Part shown: piece after piece, positions 10,248-19,364 of the stretch
How the letters are laid out: the number at the start of each line of letters is the position of its first letter
How positions within the stretch are numbered: the stretch's first letter is position 1
DNA from: Bdellovibrionia bacterium
GTDB lineage: Bacteria; Bdellovibrionota; UBA1018
Assembly (NCBI GenBank): GCA_049424145.1
Contig: JBMSSC010000007.1
Location: forward strand, 1 to 42,364
Direction of reading: 5' to 3'
Length of the DNA stretch: 42,364 nucleotides
Translations under genes and position numbers: made by a program
The notes under the pieces: model-generated
What the model saw: the letters and a program-made list of their open reading frames with translations, nothing else
The model's database searches: none
What the model was told of the DNA's origin: nothing

Positions 10248-11660
10248 ATGGGGAGACGGTCTTCGTTGGACGATCAAAATTCCAAGCATGCATCGACGTT
10301 TTGGATTAAAGGAGCCACAGTTTTCACTCAGAACGAAAAACGCGAAGTCCTGGAGGCAGACCTTTTCATTGAAAACGGCCGAATTGCCGAGATTGCCCCC
10401 GTTCGAAGATCACCTCTCAAAAAGACAGGAAAAAGACGTCTTGAGCGTAAAACCCCGGTGATTGACGCCTCAGGGTTGGTCTTAATTCCCGGGTTCGTGC
10501 AAGCGCATGTGCATTTGTGTCAGACTTTGTTTCGAAACCAAGCCGATGACCTTGAGCTTTTGGATTGGCTTTCCAAGAAGATCTGGGTCTTTGAAGCGGC
10601 TCACACGGAGGAGACGCTTTACACCAGTGCCCTTCTGGGGATTTACGAACTTCTCTCCTCAGGCACCACCTGCATCTTGGACATGGGCACCGTTCGTCAT
10701 ACGGACGCCCTCTGCGAGGCTGTGCGTCAAAGCGGGATTCGAGCCAGCATTGGCAAGTGTCTCATGGATCACCCCACACGAAACCCCAAAAACCTTCAAG
10801 AACCAACCAAAACGGCCTTAGCCCAGGCCCAGGATTTACTCAAGCGGTGGCACCAAAGCCAGTCGGATCGAATCCGCATCTCCTATGCCCCTCGATTTGC
10901 GCTCTCCTGCACAAGCGAACTGCTCACCCAAGTTGGCTTACTGGCCCAGGAGCATCAAACCCTGATTCATACCCATGCCAGTGAAAACCAAAAAGAAATC
11001 CAACTCGTCCGCCGTCTTTTCGGTTGTGAGAACCTAGAATACCTCCATCGTCTGGGTCTCACCTCAAAACGACTCGTTTTAGCCCATGGGATTTGGCTCT
11101 CGGAAAACGAAAAGCAAATCTTAAAAAAAACGCAGACGCACGTGGTTCACTGTCCCAGCTCCAACTTGAAACTCGCCTCAGGCATTGCTCCGATTCCTGA
11201 GCTTCTCAAGCGGGGGATCAACGTTGCACTGGGTGCGGATGGCGCCGCCTGCAGCAACTCGCTCAATGCTTTTGAAGAAATGAGACTGGCAGCCTTAATT
11301 CACAAGCCCCAAGCCGGGCCCACAGCCATGAAAGCCATGGAGGTTTTAGACCTGGCCACTCGAAATGGGGCTCAAGCCTTAGACTGGTGGGATCAGATTG
11401 GCTCCATTGAAGTGGGTAAACAAGCCGACCTGGTGGCCTTAGACTTAAGGGGTCCGCTCAACACCGTCTATGAGAGGGACCGACTCCGCCCTGAGGCTCT
11501 TGCCTCCTCGATTGTCTACTCAACACACCCCGAGAACGTGCGCTGGACCCAAGTTGCAGGCCAGACCGTCTATGAAAACGGCCGAGTCCGAGCCATTCCC
11601 CTGGAACCGCTGATGAAACGAGTGCGCAGAGCCCAAGAAAAAATCCTTGGAAACCGTTGA
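10248..11660 (+). CDS. Amidohydrolase, 5'-deoxyadenosine/MTA-SAH deaminase-like
   Basis: PGFVQAHVHLCQTLFRNQADDLELLDWL, HTHASE, HCPSSNLKLASG, GADGAAC, GSIEVGKQADLV; ATG 10248 follows GGGGGAG. Confidence 0.88.
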   Translation: MGRRSSLDDQNSKHASTFWIKGATVFTQNEKREVLEADLFIENGRIAEIAPVRRSPLKKTGKRRLERKTPVIDASGLVLIPGFVQAHVHLCQTLFRNQADDLELLDWLSKKIWVFEAAHTEETLYTSALLGIYELLSSGTTCILDMGTVRHTDALCEAVRQSGIRASIGKCLMDHPTRNPKNLQEPTKTALAQAQDLLKRWHQSQSDRIRISYAPRFALSCTSELLTQVGLLAQEHQTLIHTHASENQKEIQLVRRLFGCENLEYLHRLGLTSKRLVLAHGIWLSENEKQILKKTQTHVVHCPSSNLKLASGIAPIPELLKRGINVALGADGAACSNSLNAFEEMRLAALIHKPQAGPTAMKAMEVLDLATRNGAQALDWWDQIGSIEVGKQADLVALDLRGPLNTVYERDRLRPEALASSIVYSTHPENVRWTQVAGQTVYENGRVRAIPLEPLMKRVRRAQEKILGNR

Positions 11661-11670
11661 CCAAAAAGCC

Positions 11671-11699
11671 TTGACAGTTCACTTGTTTTGAGGCAATTT
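11671..11699 (+). promoter_or_regulatory. Sigma-70-like promoter for the rplU operon
   Basis: TTGACA (11671-11676), 17 nt spacer, CAATTT (11694-11699). Confidence 0.5.
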
Positions 11700-11708
11700 G
11701 CGCCATCT

Positions 11709-12200
11709 ATGTCTATGTACGCAGTGATTGAAACAGGTGGAAAACAGTATCGAGTGCAACCCGGTGATATCCTTCAGGTTGAAAAATTAGAAGGAGACGT
11801 GGGCACCGCTCTTCGGTTTGATCAAGTGCTTTTCCTCAGTAAAATGGGAAGCGAAGCCTCTCAAATTACGTTGGGAAAACCTTATGTCACAGGTGCTGCT
11901 GTTGCAGCCGAAGTGGTGGGCCAAGGCCGCGGCGAAAAGCTTCTCATCGTGAAGATGAAGAGAAGGAAGCAATACCGTCGCACCCAAGGTCATCGCCAAG
12001 AGTACACTCAGGTTTTGGTCACGGAAGTGAGCAGCGGAGCAGAAAAAGCTTCTCTCAGTGCAGAAGATAAAAAAGCAACCTTAAGCAAATTCCAATCTCA
12101 TCTGAAAGCAAAAGGTCTGGCTCATACGCCTCCGACTTTAGGCTCCAGAAAGAAAATGGCTGCCGCTCGTCAAAAAGCTGCAGAAAAAGCTCAAGCTTAA
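11709..12200 (+). CDS. rplU: 50S ribosomal protein L21 with C-terminal extension
   Basis: MYAVIETGGKQYRV and KRRKQYRRTQGHRQEYT; start at 11709 or 11715. Confidence 0.96.
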   Translation: MSMYAVIETGGKQYRVQPGDILQVEKLEGDVGTALRFDQVLFLSKMGSEASQITLGKPYVTGAAVAAEVVGQGRGEKLLIVKMKRRKQYRRTQGHRQEYTQVLVTEVSSGAEKASLSAEDKKATLSKFQSHLKAKGLAHTPPTLGSRKKMAAARQKAAEKAQA

Positions 12201-12366
12201 ATGACTCAGAACCATTGAAATCACCCAGAATTCAGCCCGAGCCAACTCGGGCTTTGAATTTGGAGTTCCAGGCTAAGTTATGCTAGGAATCACTGCAAAG
12301 CCAGGAGACCTGGGTGAATGGGTAAAAAACAGATTTAAATTTTTTGTGAGATAAGGAAACGAACTC

Positions 12367-12636
12367 ATGGCACATAAAAAAGCAGGTGGTAGTTCTAAGA
12401 ACGGTCGTGATAGTAATCCAAAAATGCGCGGAGTGAAGCGCTACGGCGGCCAACGCGTCAACACCGGCGAGATTCTCGTCCGACAAGTGGGCACCCAGTT
12501 TCATCCTGGCAGAAACGTAGGATTAGGACGGGACTTCACACTGTATTCTTTGATTGACGGAGTCGTGACGTTTGAGCAATACGACCGCAAGAGAAAGCAA
12601 GTCTCCGTTTATCCTGCTTCGGCACAAGCCTCTTAG
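12367..12636 (+). CDS. rpmA: 50S ribosomal protein L27
   Basis: [40 protein letters not shown]. Confidence 0.98.
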   Translation: MAHKKAGGSSKNGRDSNPKMRGVKRYGGQRVNTGEILVRQVGTQFHPGRNVGLGRDFTLYSLIDGVVTFEQYDRKRKQVSVYPASAQAS

Positions 12637-12745
12637 TCTTTTTCAGAGCGCCTAAAATCGTTTCGCTGAGAAAGTGAAGCCCAGGTTGGCTTTTAGGGGA
12701 TTCCTTTAAACCAGTGAGAACAAATTAGAAATTAGGTTAGCTCGT

Positions 12746-13897
12746 ATGCGTTTTATTGATGAAGCAAAAATTAAGGTCATAGCAGGTCACGGCGGCCCTG
12801 GCTGCGTGAGTTTCAGGAGAGAAACTTTTATTCCTCGAGGGGGACCTGACGGAGGAGATGGAGGAGCCGGAGGCGACGTCATCTTTATGGCCTCTCGACA
12901 GCTGGGAACTCTCCAAGACTTTCGCTTCAAAAGGAGCTACCAAGCAGCCAACGGCATGCATGGGTCAGGCGCAAACAAAGCCGGCCGAGACGGCCAAGAC
13001 ATCATCATTCGAGTTCCAGTCGGAACTCTGATCAAAGACGCTCAAACTGGGGAAGTTTTGGTGGACTTCAAAGCGGACGCCCAGGAGTGGCTCGCTTGCG
13101 AAGGAGGAAGAGGCGGAAAGGGCAATGCCCATTTTGTGACCTCCACGCATCAAGCCCCCAAATTCGCTCAACCCGGTGAAGAAGGGCAAAGCCTCGAACT
13201 GATTTTAGAACTCAAGCTCTTAGCTGATGTAGGAATCATTGGCTACCCCAATGCTGGCAAATCCACGCTGATTTCTCGCATCAGTGCGGCTAAACCTAAG
13301 ATTGCTGACTACCCATTTACGACGCTCACTCCGAACCTAGGGGTCGTTCTGCAGGGGGATTTTTCATTTGTGGTGGCAGACATCCCAGGACTCGTGGAAG
13401 GCGCACATCGAGGGGTGGGATTAGGCCACAAGTTCCTCAAGCACATGGAGCGAACTCAGGTGTTCATTCATTTGCTAGACGGAAGTAAACTCCTAGAGGA
13501 AGCAACCCGTCCAGACCTCGATTCTGGATCGGCCCACTTAGATCAGGCAATTGACTCCTTTATTCAAAGCTACCAGAGCATTCGCAATGAATTAGGCCTC
13601 TTTAAAGAAGCTCTCTTACACAAGCCTGAGATCATCGTGCTCAATAAGCTCGATCTTTTAGAGTTTGACCCAAAACTCGTCTCTCAAGCCTGTCAGGCGT
13701 TAAGACAAAAGATCAACTCCGTCCGAGGCTCACATCCTCTACCGGGTGAGCCGTTTGTAATATCGGCTGTGACCGGGGCAGGCTTACCGGAGCTGATTTC
13801 AGTGGTTTGCAACGAACTGAGGGCAAAAAAAGAACTCCTGACAGATGGAAAGGAACCCGGAGAGGCCCTTCCCGATGATCCTTCCTTAAGGAAATAA
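12746..13897 (+). CDS. obgE: GTPase ObgE/CgtA
   Basis: SFRRETFIPRGGPDGGDGG, GYPNAGKST, YPFTTL, DIPG, NKLD. Confidence 0.98.
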   Translation: MRFIDEAKIKVIAGHGGPGCVSFRRETFIPRGGPDGGDGGAGGDVIFMASRQLGTLQDFRFKRSYQAANGMHGSGANKAGRDGQDIIIRVPVGTLIKDAQTGEVLVDFKADAQEWLACEGGRGGKGNAHFVTSTHQAPKFAQPGEEGQSLELILELKLLADVGIIGYPNAGKSTLISRISAAKPKIADYPFTTLTPNLGVVLQGDFSFVVADIPGLVEGAHRGVGLGHKFLKHMERTQVFIHLLDGSKLLEEATRPDLDSGSAHLDQAIDSFIQSYQSIRNELGLFKEALLHKPEIIVLNKLDLLEFDPKLVSQACQALRQKINSVRGSHPLPGEPFVISAVTGAGLPELISVVCNELRAKKELLTDGKEPGEALPDDPSLRK

Positions 13898-13914
13898 GAG
13901 GCATCACACTCCCC

Positions 13915-14664
13915 ATGAGCCCCCTTTCTGCATGGAAAACTCCTCGTTGGAATGAAATCACGGCGGTCTTAGGCGGTCGATTCGACCCTCCTCACTTGGG
14001 CCACCGAGAAGCCGTTCGCGGGCTTTTTCAAAACCCGGGAGTGAAAAACGTTCTCATCCTTCCTTCGGGTCATCCTCCTCACAAGGGCACTCAAGCCTCA
14101 CTGGCTGACCGCGTCGAGATGGCACGGCTCGCGTTTCAGACGGGTGGCCCAGACGCGTTCCCTAGCGAAGTGAGCCTGGATCTCACGGAAGTGAAGTGGG
14201 CCCAGAATCACCCCCACGCTCCAACCTATAGTTTTGAGATCATCCAGCAGCTCAAGACCCGTTGGCCCGAGCTTGCCTTTGTGATCGGGACGGATCAGCT
14301 TTTAAGTCTTCCGAGCTGGCACCGTTTTCCGGAACTTCTGAAACTCTGTCACTGGATCATCTTGGAGCGGAAATCGAACACAACTGAAGCCGGAGCCTCT
14401 GCGCGAAAAGCCCTGAGCCAGTGGAGCTCAAGCGGCCTGCTTCACGCTCAATCCGATCAACTCTGGCGCACACGAGAGGGAGGCAATGCCGTGGCACTCC
14501 TTCCCACGAACGCCCCTGCTCTCTCCTCCACGGAGATCCGAAAGGAGATCTCCCAACACGGGCGAGCGCCCGAAAACTCGCTCCCCTCAGAGGTTCTTGC
14601 GTATTTGATGCAAAAGCGCCTCTATGGTATTGAACCTCAAATTGGAATTCACTATGACGCATGA
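13915..14664 (+). CDS. nadD: Nicotinate-nucleotide adenylyltransferase
   Basis: GGRFDPPHLGH, PPHK, IGTD, SWH, SSTEIR; syntenic between obgE and rsfS. Confidence 0.92.
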   Translation: MSPLSAWKTPRWNEITAVLGGRFDPPHLGHREAVRGLFQNPGVKNVLILPSGHPPHKGTQASLADRVEMARLAFQTGGPDAFPSEVSLDLTEVKWAQNHPHAPTYSFEIIQQLKTRWPELAFVIGTDQLLSLPSWHRFPELLKLCHWIILERKSNTTEAGASARKALSQWSSSGLLHAQSDQLWRTREGGNAVALLPTNAPALSSTEIRKEISQHGRAPENSLPSEVLAYLMQKRLYGIEPQIGIHYDA

Positions 14665-15088
14665 AAAATCTGTAACCGAAACCCACCTGGATCTGGAAAC
14701 CAACAGCTCTTGTGAAAAAGCACTCCTTTGCGCTCGAGCCGCTTTGGAGAAAAAAGCCGAGAGCGTCAAGATCCTGGATCTAACGGAACTCTCCAGTCTC
14801 ACGGATGCTTTTCTCATCTGTAGCGGGATGTCTGACCGCCAAGTCAAGGCCATTGCCGACTCGGTTCAAACCCACCTCGAGCTAGCCGGTCACGAAGTCC
14901 TCTCCGTTGAAGGATACTCCGATGGCCGCTGGATTCTATTAGACTGCGGCGATGTGATTGTTCACATCTTCTTGGATGCTCTCCGAGAGTACTATGATCT
15001 GGAGAACTTGTGGTCTGATGCTCCTCGAATCAAAATTCCATCGGAATTTTATTTAGAAGCAAAGGATGGCAAAACACATCTGTCGTAG
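14654..15088 (+). CDS. rsfS: Ribosome silencing factor
   Basis: EKKAE, ICSGMSDRQVKAIAD, WILLDCGDVIVHIF, REYYDLENLW. Confidence 0.96.
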   Translation: MTHEKSVTETHLDLETNSSCEKALLCARAALEKKAESVKILDLTELSSLTDAFLICSGMSDRQVKAIADSVQTHLELAGHEVLSVEGYSDGRWILLDCGDVIVHIFLDALREYYDLENLWSDAPRIKIPSEFYLEAKDGKTHLS

Positions 15089-15220
15089 TACACTTCTTCT
15101 GAGTGAATCGCAGCTCAACCATGAGCGGGTGATGAAAAAAAATCAGACCCCCAGCTCGAGATCACAATCGCTTGTGATGTGCGTTGAATCAGCTGCCTCA
15201 AAGAAGGAGCACCTCTTCAG

Positions 15221-16834
15221 ATGAGCCACAATAAAGCAATCCTAATCATCTTGGATGGATTTGGAATTGGAGGAGCCTCTCCATTTAACGCCATTGAAAA
15301 TGCCCGGATGCCTTTTTATCGAGAGCTGATGAAGAAGTACCCTCACTCAGAGCTTCTCACCCATGGTGAGGCCGTGGGACTCCCTGAGGGTGTCATGGGC
15401 AACTCGGAAGTGGGCCACATGACCATGGGGGCAGGCCGGATCATCTACCAAGATCTCACTCGAATTTCCCGCGCCATTCGCACCGGTGAGTTTTTTGAAA
15501 ACCCGGTGCTCAAAAAAACGATCCAAGCCGGCAGTGAAAACACAGGCCGTGTTCATTTGATGGGCCTCTTATCCGACGGTGGGGTTCATAGCCACATGGA
15601 TCATCTTTTAAGTCTCCTGGACCTCTGCGTGCGGATGAAAGTTCCCCACGTCAGCTGCCACCTGTTCTTAGACGGGCGAGATACGCCTCCGAACTCCGCA
15701 CCCCAGTACCTGCAAAAGCTCCTGACCCACCCTGCATTTGCTCACCTGAATCCAACGACGCCATCCTCTCCGAGCCAAGGCACCACCCGGGCTGAGATCG
15801 CATCCCTCATGGGCCGCTACTACGCCATGGATCGAGACCAGCGCTGGGAGCGCATCCAAGCAGCCTACCACGCCCTGACCGGCCAAATGCCCGAGCTGTC
15901 CACCCCAGAGCAACCCTTCCCCCAGGCCTTAGAGGTCCTCGAGCACGCCTACTCCCGTGGAAAAACCGACGATTTCATTGAGCCCATACTTTTTTCCAAG
16001 CAAGCAGCCATGAAATCAGGCGACAGTGTGATTTTTTTCAACTACCGATCCGATCGCGCTCGGGAGATCAGTCAAGCCCTCACCCAGCCAGAGTTCTCAG
16101 GATTTCAAAGGACCGTCGAGTGCAAGCTCAGCGCTTTTGCGGGGCTGACCACCTATGACACAAAGCTCAAGCACGTGGGTGTCGCTTTTGCCCCTCAAAA
16201 TCTCAGTCATCTTTTTGGGCAATGGCTGGAATCTAAAAAACTCACCCAGCTTCGCATCGCAGAAACTGAAAAATATGCTCACGTGACGTTTTTCTTCAAC
16301 GGCGGACGCGAGCAACCCTTCTTAGGCGAAGATCGCATCTTAGTGCCCTCCCCTAAAGACGTCCCCACCTATGATCTGAAGCCCGAAATGAGCGCTTTTG
16401 AAGTGGCCAGGCTTGCCTCTGAGAGGATTCAAGCAGCTCAATACGACTTTATGCTCATGAACTTTGCCAACGCCGACATGGTGGGTCACACGGGAAACTA
16501 CGAGGCCTCCGTGAAAGCGGTCGAAGCTCTCGATCAGTGCTTAAGCCAAGTCATTGGAGCAGCCGAACGCTCGGGCTACCACGTACTCCTCACAGCCGAC
16601 CACGGAAACGCCGAGGAGATGAGAGACTGCCAAGGCCGCCTTCACACTCAGCATACGCTCAATCCAGTTCCTGCCATCTGGGTTGCCCCTCAAACCGCTA
16701 ATGCTCCAAAAAAGTTCCGGACCCGCCTCAAAGACGGGAATTTAGGCGACATCATGCCCACCTTATGTGACCTCATGAAGCTCGATGTCCCAAACGAAGT
16801 CACTGGAAAAAGCCTCATTCCTCAATCGGGGTAA
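15221..16834 (+). CDS. gpmI: 2,3-bisphosphoglycerate-independent phosphoglycerate mutase
   Basis: LIILDGFG, GNSEVGH, SDGGVHSH, GRYYAMDRD, AETEKYAHVT, NADMVGHTG, TADHGNAE. Confidence 0.98.
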   Translation: MSHNKAILIILDGFGIGGASPFNAIENARMPFYRELMKKYPHSELLTHGEAVGLPEGVMGNSEVGHMTMGAGRIIYQDLTRISRAIRTGEFFENPVLKKTIQAGSENTGRVHLMGLLSDGGVHSHMDHLLSLLDLCVRMKVPHVSCHLFLDGRDTPPNSAPQYLQKLLTHPAFAHLNPTTPSSPSQGTTRAEIASLMGRYYAMDRDQRWERIQAAYHALTGQMPELSTPEQPFPQALEVLEHAYSRGKTDDFIEPILFSKQAAMKSGDSVIFFNYRSDRAREISQALTQPEFSGFQRTVECKLSAFAGLTTYDTKLKHVGVAFAPQNLSHLFGQWLESKKLTQLRIAETEKYAHVTFFFNGGREQPFLGEDRILVPSPKDVPTYDLKPEMSAFEVARLASERIQAAQYDFMLMNFANADMVGHTGNYEASVKAVEALDQCLSQVIGAAERSGYHVLLTADHGNAEEMRDCQGRLHTQHTLNPVPAIWVAPQTANAPKKFRTRLKDGNLGDIMPTLCDLMKLDVPNEVTGKSLIPQSG

Positions 16835-16941
16835 CACTCAAAACTAGGAAATTTTGGGCGACGTGGCGTTGAGCGGCTCGCACCTCAGCTATTTTCCGCC
16901 AAGAACCAAGAACAAGATTCAAGACGAGCGATGCGCGAAGC

Positions 16942-16969
16942 AAAGTGAGATCGCTCCCGCTCACTTTTT
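16942..16969 (+). terminator. Possible terminator after gpmI
   Basis: AAAGTGAG...CTCACTTT stem running into a T-rich stretch. Confidence 0.4.
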
Positions 16970-17125
16970 CCCTTTCTGAATATCAAGCCAAGACGATTTT
17001 TCTCAGTCAAAAATCGTCCCTAAAACCTCCGCCTATCGAATTCCTAATTCAAAATTAAATATTTATTATTTTTTAATAATATTTTAAAATAACAATATAT
17101 ACATAACCCTATCGGTTAAAATTTT

Positions 17126-19156
17126 ATGAAAAATAAACTCACCCCAATTCCCTTCTTGCTCTTAGGATCTACCCTTTTTGGATTCGAGTCTACCCATGCG
17201 AGCTCTCAGATCAAACTGAGCTCCGATCAGCTGAGGCACCGAATTGCTGTCCCGTTTGAGTTCAGCCTTCAGTTGAATTCAAGCAAACTATCTGATGCAG
17301 ATAAAAAAAATCAAAAGGACGAATTCGCGCAAGCCCAAGCCCAACTTGAATGTCTCTCTCAAATCTGCGACAAATCCCCGTGCACAGAAAGTATCGCTTT
17401 CACCCTAGTTCAAAAACCCGCAGAGAAAAATGCAAAGCTTAGACTCAAGGATGATTCCCAGAGTGGCTCAATACTAAGCACTCGACCCTGGGCTTTTTCA
17501 ATTGCAGACGAGCCCATCTTAGAAGACTATTTTGAATCCATCGAATGTTCGAACGGCTCAGAGAAAAAGACTTTATCACGCACTGAAATTGAGCCCTTGA
17601 TCCAGGGCCTCCATGAAATGAACTCCGCTTCTCTAGAGCAGAGCCCTTCTTGTTGTTCCAATCAAGTCGTCCAAAATGAAAATTCATTCCAATCCAAGTC
17701 AAAAAAAAGAGCACGGGATGAGGGTTCAAACTATTTTTCTGACGGGATAAAAAAACTCAAAACCATGGCTTCTTCCTTCAGAACCGTAGGATACTACGGC
17801 TCTCATGCCCTATGTCTCGGCTCATCGATCGCGGCTAAAAGTGCCGTGGATTACCTAACCAGCCCACCGATGCATAACGAAAATCCTTGGTTTACGGTCT
17901 GTAAGTTTGCGATAAACAACTTAGGGCTGAAGCAAATTGCTGGTCCCTATCTCGATCAACGGATCAAAAAAAGTGTTGACGCACTGACGCCTGATTCTTT
18001 GAAAACAGGGGATGCCAAACTGATGGCCGAGCTAGAAAAGAGGGCTCGATCTCTTAAGGAGGAATACCTGAAGATCAAGGACGACCCCCGAGTGTTTGAA
18101 GAAAATAGGTCGTACCTCAAAGCATACATCGAAAAATCTGAGAAGAGTCTAGAATACCTGAAAGGAAACAGAGCATTCGATCCCTCGATCCCAAGCAGAC
18201 TCGATGAAATCAGCGCCTTTCTCGATGCAATCCAAAAGACTCTTTCTTTCCCAAAGGAAGTAAAAAGAATCGACTTCAAAACCTCTGAGGAGGAGATCAA
18301 GAGCCTCACCACTAACGTAGATAGAAACCTGGGCGTACAAATCCAAAGGATCGGAAAATCAATCGCATTGGCTTCTCAGAATACTGATCATTCTATGAAT
18401 TCTAAGAAGATCTATTATCTCAAAGGCCATCCAGGGACTGGAAAAACATTTTTAGCAAATGGCATTGCAAAAGCCCTGGGGTTACCGTTTCTTGAAACGA
18501 AAATGAGTGGGCTGCAGCAAGACGGTACATTTCCCATAAACTCTGAAATCGCTCGATTTCTTGGGAATAATGAGTCTAAAAATGCCGTAATCTTCATCGA
18601 TGAGGCAGGAGATTTGTTCCACTCTCTGCGTGACAACAATCCGCTGAACTCACTCACCCTAAGCGAATTAAAAAAGTTATTAGACCCGGATAATTTGAAG
18701 ATCGAGGATCGAACTATTCCCAAGACTCAAGCCATGCATCAATCAACTCAACGTATTTTTCAAGACCTCTCAAAGGTTACTTTTATTCTGACTGGAAACT
18801 ATGAGATCGAAGAGGAGGCTTTAAAAAGCCGAATCACCACCCTTGAGTTTCCTAAAGTTTCACTGAAAGATCGAAAAAAAATTGCTCAAATCATATGGGA
18901 GAAAAACTCAAGTGGGCTTCCACTCGACGAGTCTACTCAGCGGGTGCTCGAAGAAATCACTCAAAAAACTGACGAAAAATTTGACGGCGTCCGTGAAATG
19001 AAAACCATTATACAAAACTATATTGTAGAGCGATCCAGTAATCCAGATCAGCCCTTTAACGTAGACGAAGAACTGAAGGCCTTCACAAAAAAACCAGCAA
19101 CCGAACTCACTCCCTCTCAGGGAAGCCCGTCCCCGGCTCCATCCGCAAGCCCGTAA
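17126..19156 (+). CDS. Lon-like AAA+ ATPase with predicted signal peptide and no protease domain
   Basis: N-terminus MKNKLTPIPFLLLGSTLFGFESTHA; Walker A GHPGTGKT; Walker B VIFIDE; LLDPDN; DLSKVTFILTGN; Arg finger ALKSR; sensor-2-like DGVREM. Confidence 0.82.
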   Translation: MKNKLTPIPFLLLGSTLFGFESTHASSQIKLSSDQLRHRIAVPFEFSLQLNSSKLSDADKKNQKDEFAQAQAQLECLSQICDKSPCTESIAFTLVQKPAEKNAKLRLKDDSQSGSILSTRPWAFSIADEPILEDYFESIECSNGSEKKTLSRTEIEPLIQGLHEMNSASLEQSPSCCSNQVVQNENSFQSKSKKRARDEGSNYFSDGIKKLKTMASSFRTVGYYGSHALCLGSSIAAKSAVDYLTSPPMHNENPWFTVCKFAINNLGLKQIAGPYLDQRIKKSVDALTPDSLKTGDAKLMAELEKRARSLKEEYLKIKDDPRVFEENRSYLKAYIEKSEKSLEYLKGNRAFDPSIPSRLDEISAFLDAIQKTLSFPKEVKRIDFKTSEEEIKSLTTNVDRNLGVQIQRIGKSIALASQNTDHSMNSKKIYYLKGHPGTGKTFLANGIAKALGLPFLETKMSGLQQDGTFPINSEIARFLGNNESKNAVIFIDEAGDLFHSLRDNNPLNSLTLSELKKLLDPDNLKIEDRTIPKTQAMHQSTQRIFQDLSKVTFILTGNYEIEEEALKSRITTLEFPKVSLKDRKKIAQIIWEKNSSGLPLDESTQRVLEEITQKTDEKFDGVREMKTIIQNYIVERSSNPDQPFNVDEELKAFTKKPATELTPSQGSPSPAPSASP

Positions 19157-19364
19157 CTTTAGCCGGATGAAGCCAAGGTAGGACTCAGTCGCCACACCCT
19201 CCAGGACCCCAAAACGGGTACGCCCCTTGCTTGGGCTCAACTGACCCGATAAAAAAGGGTTTTCTGCCCCGGGCTTTCAAGCTAAACTGAGGATCTCCTC
19301 TGAGAACAAGCCTTCCCTGGAGCTTTAGTCTCGGACGGAAAGACTCCAAGAAAAGAGAAGACCG

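Noticed and set aside
13898..15220. Absence of proBA and rlmH from the obgE-nadD-rsfS-gpmI cluster
   Set aside because: Such rearrangements are common and the genes may lie elsewhere in the genome.
17126..19156. Lon pseudogene
   Set aside because: No protease-domain remnant is visible downstream, the N-terminus is unlike the Lon N-domain, and the ORF is intact.
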